Origin: an uncultured Alphaproteobacteria bacterium
GTDB lineage: Bacteria; Pseudomonadota; Alphaproteobacteria; Rhizobiales; Hyphomicrobiaceae
Reading direction: 5' to 3'
NCBI GenBank assembly: GCA_963825625.1
Contig: CAWGUF010000019.1
Span: 135,534-199,533 of the forward strand
DNA length: 64,000 nucleotides
Made by a program: the position numbers and the translations under genes. Below, in pieces: positions 59,254-64,000 of this stretch (position 1 is the stretch's first letter; each line of letters opens with the position of its first letter). The notes below the pieces were generated by a model. That model saw nothing but the letters and a program-made list of their open reading frames with translations, searched no databases and was not told where the DNA came from.

Positions 59254-60427
59254 ATGGAGCGATTCCCGTCTGCGGCGCACTGATCGAAGGCGCTAAAGCC
59301 CGAGCATCCCGTGTTCGGCATCCGTCCGCACGCCGCAGCGCGCGCGGCGCATTGGTTTCTGAAGAACTTCCCTGGTGAGGTGGCCTACGCCTACAAGGCG
59401 AACCACTCGGTCTTCATGATCGGGGCGCTTTATGGCGCCGGCATCACGCAGTTCGACGTCGCCTCCTTGCCGGAGCTGGAGGACGCGGCGACCATTCCCG
59501 GCGTGCAAGCTGCACTTCATGCATCCGGTGAAGTCTCGCCGGGCGATCAGGCTCGCCTACCACGAGTACGGCATTCGCTGCTTTGCTCTCGACACCGAGG
59601 ACGAGCTTGCGAAAATCCTGGAGGAGACGGGCAACGCGAAGGATCTGCAACTCTTCGTGCGTATTTCCGTCCCTGCCAAGGACAGCCGGGTGCCACTGGA
59701 GCGGAAGTTCGGGATCACGGGGCCGAAGGCTGCGAGGTTGCTCGTCAAGACCCGCCAGCACTGCGACGAGCTCGGACTGACATTCCACGTCGGCTCACAG
59801 ACGACGACGCCGGATGCCTACATCTCGGCGCTGGAGGAATGCCGTAAGCTGATCGTCAAGGCTGGCGTGGTGGTGGATGCGATCGATGTCGGCGGCGGCT
59901 TTCCATCACGCTATACCGACAGCCATCCGTCGCCTTTGTCGGCGTTCGTGGAGGCGATCGGGGCGGCGTTCGAGCGCATGCCGGTATCGCATGACTGCCG
60001 TCTGATCTGCGAGCCCGGCCGCGCGCTGGTGGCGGAGGCGGAGAGCCTGGTCGTGCGGGTCGATGCCCGGCGTGGCGACGAGTTGTTCATCAACGATGGC
60101 AGCTACGGGGCGCTGTTCGATGCCGCACACCTGAACTTCGTGTTCCCTGTGCGTCTGGTGGGGCGGGATGTGCCGGTCTCCGAGCAGATGCATCCATTCG
60201 AGTTCTGGGGGCCGACCTGCAACTCGATCGATCGCATGAAGGGACCGTTCATGCTGCCGGCATCGGTGCGTGAAGGCGACTATCTGGAGATCGGCAATGT
60301 CGGCGCCTATGGCCGCGCCATTGGTGGCCGGTTCAATGGCTATGGCCAATACCAGGAGGCGATACTGGAGGACGAGCCGATGTTCTCCATGTATGCCGGA
60401 CCCGAGGCCGCGGTGGCGAACGGGTAG
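59254..60427 (+). pseudogene. ornithine/lysine decarboxylase (alanine-racemase-fold PLP enzyme), with an in-frame TGA at codon 10 and a frame interruption near 59497
   Basis: ATG 59254 has a GGTGGAGG RBS 8 nt upstream and reads MERFPSAAH-TGA(59281-83)-SKALKPEHPVFGIRPHAAARAAHWFLKNFPGEVAYAYKAN...FDVASLPELEDAATIP, then shifts to CKLHFMHPVKSRRAIRLAYHEYGIR...GGGFP...EPGRALV... to 60427. The listed ORFs begin at GTG 59311 and at 59432. Confidence 0.7.
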
Positions 60428-60499
60428 ACGATCAGGGTTCGGTAGAGATCGAGGATGGGGCCAGATCGACAGGTCTGGCTCCAATGCACAGGTGCTGCC

Positions 60500-61441
60500 A
60501 TGAGCAAGAAGGGCAAGCGGTCAGCCCGGTTCGACTATCTGCCGGCAGAGGAGGCCTTCCTCGATCCCGAGCGCGCGGACCGGGATCGTCCGGAGGATGC
60601 GCGCGCGGTCGTCATTCCGTTCGGGCTCGAGGCCTCGGTGAGCTATGGCGGAGGGACGCGCAAGGGGCCGGACGCCATCCTGGCGGCAAGCCACCAGCTG
60701 GAAATGTTCGACGAGGAGCTTTGGCGCGAGCCCTACCTCGACTACGGCATCGCCACCCTGAAAGCGCCGGGCCCGGTGAAGGCGGTCGACAAGTCGCTCG
60801 ACCGGCTGGAGGAGACGGTCGAAGCCGTGCTCGCCGCGGATCGCTTTCCTTTCGTGCTGGGTGGGGAGCACTCGATCACGGCAGGGGCAATCCGGCCGTT
60901 CGCGAGGCGCTATCCGGATCTGGCGGTGCTGCAGTTCGATGCTCACGCCGACCTGCGCGACGGCTATCTGGGAGAGCATTACTCGCATGCTTCCGCGATG
61001 CGGCGGGTGCTCGACCACAAGTCGGTCACGCTGGTATCGGTGGGGATTCGCGCGATCTCCAAACCGGAGGCGGACTTCCTGTTCAACAACAGGCGCCGGA
61101 TCCACATGCACTTCGCGCACTCACAGCACGTCTGGGATGTGGAGCAGATCGTCAAGCCGCTGACGGGCCGACCAGTCTATGTGACATTCGATATCGATGC
61201 TCTCGACGGCTCGGTGATGCCTGCAACCGGTACGCCGACCCCAGGCGGCATGGGCTATTGGCAAGCCCTGGAAATCCTGCGGCGGACAGCGGAGGTTTCC
61301 ACGATCGTCGGTGCCGATCTGGTTGAGCTTGCTCCCTTGAAGGGCATGCATGCGTGCGATTTTCTCGCAGCCCAGCTTGCCTACAAGATGATGAGCTACG
61401 CGCTTTCGGGCACCGCGCCGCGCGTAGGCGGGGAGGTATGA
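60500..61441 (+). CDS. agmatinase/ureohydrolase family (arginase fold)
   Basis: Conserved Mn ligands in the GGEHSIT, DAHADL and DIDALD context. ORF 60455..61441; start at Met16, ATG 60500 checked. Confidence 0.85.
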   Translation: MSKKGKRSARFDYLPAEEAFLDPERADRDRPEDARAVVIPFGLEASVSYGGGTRKGPDAILAASHQLEMFDEELWREPYLDYGIATLKAPGPVKAVDKSLDRLEETVEAVLAADRFPFVLGGEHSITAGAIRPFARRYPDLAVLQFDAHADLRDGYLGEHYSHASAMRRVLDHKSVTLVSVGIRAISKPEADFLFNNRRRIHMHFAHSQHVWDVEQIVKPLTGRPVYVTFDIDALDGSVMPATGTPTPGGMGYWQALEILRRTAEVSTIVGADLVELAPLKGMHACDFLAAQLAYKMMSYALSGTAPRVGGEV

Positions 61442-61478
61442 GGCGCACGTTTGGGCGCGTGGCGTTCTACTCGGCGCT

Positions 61479-61694
61479 CTATGCCCTGGCGAAGCGTGCG
61501 TAGATGTATGTCTCCTGACTGCGCTCAAGGCGCCTGCGCCGGTTGCGGGCGCGGTTCGCCATCAGCATGAGAACGGCGATCATGGCGAAAATGGCCATCG
61601 CGGTGCAGGAGAGCACCAAAAAGCTTTCCTCCGGGCTCGCTTCGCCAACTATGGCAACGCGATGGAGCACCTCGAACACCGACTCGTTGCCCAT
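61479..61694 (-). CDS. possible small single-TM protein
   Basis: ORF 61479..61793 with internal Met starts (MNMGNES...), a hydrophobic segment AMAIFAMIAVLMLMA and an Arg-rich tail. Weakly supported. Confidence 0.25.
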   Translation of the reverse strand: MGNESVFEVLHRVAIVGEASPEESFLVLSCTAMAIFAMIAVLMLMANRARNRRRRLERSQETYIYARFARA

Positions 61695-61924
61695 GTTCAT
61701 TTGTTCCTTCTGGACGGGTTTCAATCCGCATTCTGTCTGTCTGTATGCGGCGTCAAGAAGCATAAAATTTGAATCAAATTCAAGGCCGGACAATCCGTTC
61801 CCTTATCGAATTGTTACATTGGGTGCTGGCTCGTTTACAGTTGCCGGCGCATCCTGGTGATGAGACCGAAACCCTGATTTCGCAACAGCGGGCGCTCGCG
61901 ATGCAGGTGCCCCTCTCGGGCGGC

Positions 61925-62968
61925 CTATCGTTTCAGGATCTGCCGCAGGCGGTCGATGACCGGCTTGGGTGTCGCAAACATCTCGCTCATCAACTGCTGC
62001 ATCTGGGCACCGTTGGTCGGCCGGGCTGGCCCTTTCATGATCTTGATCGTCTCATCCACGACGGCTTTGTCCGCCATCGTATCGTTGAAGGCCTTGCGCA
62101 ATTCGGCCAGGCGGTCGGCCGGCAAACCGGGGGGGCCGAGATAGGCATTCGACAACGCCAGGGGAGCAAACAGCAGCTTCAGCATCTGCTTGTCCGCGGT
62201 GGTTTTTGCCAGGTCTATCGCGGAGGGAAGATCGGGGAAGTCGGGATGCTTCTCGGTACCCATTTGCATCAGGTAAACGATCTTGTTGTCCCGAATCCAG
62301 TCTGCCTTGACGCCTCTCAGGCTCGACCATGTCCAGCCGCAACGCCCATGCGTTTCCCCGCGCTCCATTGCGATTGCCGTCTCTCGGGTTCCCCGATAAC
62401 CGGTGATGACCTTGAACTTCGTTCCGAGCACTGCGTTGATCACGACGGGATAGATGTCGGTGGTGGATCCGGCTCCGGTACCGGCTACGGTCATCTCTCG
62501 TTGTTTCGCATCTTCAAGTGTCTTGAAGCCCGAGGAATGCCAAGCCAGACACATGCTGACGTCCTTGGTCCAGGCTCCGATCGATGCGAAATCGGTCATC
62601 TGGTAGCTGATTTTGCGGCTGCCGATCAGTGGCTCCAGCAGAGGGCCGGAGGGAATTGTGGCGATCGTGGTGCCGTCCTTTGGGGCTACTCCGGCGAGGT
62701 AGTCCAGCACGCGAATGCCGCCGGCGCCGGGCATCAGTTGTGGTGTGATGACGGGATTGCCGGGCACGTGACGGGCCAAGTGCCGAGAGAAGATTCGCGC
62801 CGCCGTATCGAGGCCGCCTCCAGCGGTGCCGCCAATGAGCAGCGTGATCTGCTTGCCCTTGAAGAACGGGTCGGCCGCGCTCGCCATGGTGGAGGCAGCC
62901 AGCGGCAGAATGCCGGCGATGGCGAAGATCGCGACCGAGCGGCGGAGCCGCAGATGTTTCCTGAGCAT
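61925..62968 (-). CDS. tripartite tricarboxylate transporter substrate-binding protein (TctC/Bug family)
   Basis: Signal peptide plus Bug-family SBP pattern (ITLLIGGTAGGGLDTAARIFSRHLARHVPGNP...). Confidence 0.85.
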   Translation of the reverse strand: MLRKHLRLRRSVAIFAIAGILPLAASTMASAADPFFKGKQITLLIGGTAGGGLDTAARIFSRHLARHVPGNPVITPQLMPGAGGIRVLDYLAGVAPKDGTTIATIPSGPLLEPLIGSRKISYQMTDFASIGAWTKDVSMCLAWHSSGFKTLEDAKQREMTVAGTGAGSTTDIYPVVINAVLGTKFKVITGYRGTRETAIAMERGETHGRCGWTWSSLRGVKADWIRDNKIVYLMQMGTEKHPDFPDLPSAIDLAKTTADKQMLKLLFAPLALSNAYLGPPGLPADRLAELRKAFNDTMADKAVVDETIKIMKGPARPTNGAQMQQLMSEMFATPKPVIDRLRQILKR

Positions 62969-63137
62969 GTGTCCTCCCTGCTGCCAGCGGCTTCGGTTAT
63001 TCGGTTGAGTCCGGATTGCCAGCAGCGCGCAGATGTTTTCCTAAGCGTTATAGCCTCGTAAATCTCCTGTCGCCAGATGCTGCGCAACGTCTTGACAGCG
63101 GATCGGCCACACACCCATAAGGGTGGCCCGATCTGAT

Positions 63138-63213
63138 AGGGCGGTTAGCTCAGCGGTAGAGCACACGCTTCACACGCGTGGGGTCACAGGTTCAATCCCT
63201 GTACCGCCCACCA
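63138..63213 (+). tRNA. tRNA-Val (anticodon CAC)
   Basis: Hand-folded cloverleaf. Acceptor stem GGGCGGT/ACCGCCC; D arm GCTC-AGCGGTAGA-GAGC; anticodon stem CACGC/GCGTG with loop TTCACAC; T arm ACAGG-TTCAATC-CCTGT; discriminator A and an encoded CCA. Confidence 0.85.
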
Positions 63214-63434
63214 CGGTCGGGTCGTTCCTGCCGATCGATACCGGCCAATCACGCTGCCTCGCGAATGGTCGTAGCTGCAGGGGCTCGGCGTGTCAGAAAA
63301 TGCTCGACTCGCCACGCGCCATAGGCAATATCACCTAGCGAAAATTCAAGGGTCGATACCCACGTTGTTCGCGTAGGGACGTGCTTCCGCGGAAGCACGG
63401 AGGCAATCTGAATTTCAATGGTGGCTAGGCAGCG

Positions 63435-64000
63435 TGGAGTGTGCAATGCGGTTGACTGCAAATTCTCCCAAAGTCCTCAATCGGCTGGTGCCCGGGTGCG
63501 CCGTGCTAGTGCTGGCCGGGTTGCTGGCTGGCGGCGCGACGGCGCAAAAGGGGCCGCAGCCCGCACCTGCGCCTGTGCAGCCGCAGGCTCAGAAGAGCCA
63601 GGAGTACGTTCCTGAGGAAGGCCAGGAAGGCAAGGACGTCATCTGGCTGCCAACGGCAGATGCGCACGTTGCACGCATGCTCGACATGGCGAAGGTGAAA
63701 GCGTCCGACCATGTGATCGACCTGGGCTCGGGGGATGGACGCACGGTGCTGGCGGCGGCGAGGCGCGGGGCCAAGGCGCACGGCATTGAATACAATCCGG
63801 ATATGGTCACCTTATCCCAACGGCGCGCGCAGCAGGCTGGCCTTGCAGAGCGGGCTACATTTGAAAAGGCCGACATCTTCGAGACGGATTTTACTAAGGC
63901 TACGGTGCTGACGCTGTTCCTGCTGCCCGAGCTGAATCTCAAGCTTAGGCCCAAAATCCTCGACATGAAGCCGGGAACCCGCGTCGTCTCCAACACTTTC
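63435..64000 (+). CDS. class-I SAM-dependent methyltransferase with signal peptide; runs off the right edge
   Basis: Absent from the ORF track because it has no stop in the window. My translation gives MRLTANSPKVLNRLVPGCAVLVLAGLLAGGATAQ... and VIDLGSGDGRTVLAAARRGAKAHGIEYNPDM (SAM-binding motif I). Confidence 0.65.

Noticed and set aside
59281-59283. Selenocysteine recoding of the in-frame TGA in the ODC gene
   Set aside because: ODC is not a selenoprotein family. The ~50 nt downstream contain no SECIS-like hairpin, and the gene carries an additional frameshift. Interpreted as a nonsense lesion or base-call error.

Overview
GC-rich (by eye well above 60% GC) chromosomal segment of alphaproteobacterial type. 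Gene content and codon style resemble Bradyrhizobiaceae, but that is an inference, not a database result. I count about 60 protein-coding genes and one tRNA-Val(CAC) near the right edge. There is no rRNA, no CRISPR array and no recognisable transposase or integrase. Recognisable genes include ndk, uvrB and ilvD; a two-subunit TPP-dependent decarboxylase; an XDH/CoxL-type molybdopterin large subunit; and an aromatic-catabolic neighbourhood (tandem Rieske oxygenase alpha genes, a PDR-type reductase, a Gfo/Idh/MocA oxidoreductase, MarR, an EutA-like ASKHA protein and a bicupin dioxygenase). There is also a kynurenine module (kynA-kynU) embedded among Kce, LLM and amidohydrolase genes; ornithine decarboxylase plus agmatinase; flotillin; a DUF533/TerB-like protein; UbiD; and a partial dynamin-like GTPase. 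Four observations stand out. (i) A ~1.25 kb compositionally foreign low-GC insertion at 5470-6725 carries one membrane-anchored helical protein of no recognisable family. (ii) At least nine genes have reading-frame interruptions, concentrated at 20.1-26.4 kb and 36.6-40.3 kb and strongly biased toward single-base insertions; the sequence alone cannot decide between technical artefact and genuine gene decay. (iii) A 24-bp perfect palindrome, GAAAATGGGGACAGCCCCATTTTC, occurs twice before kynA and as two degenerate copies between ndk and the DinB-family gene. (iv) Four tandem 22-bp hairpin-containing direct repeats lie upstream of an acyltransferase-3 gene. Coordinates derived from hand translation may be off by a few bases.
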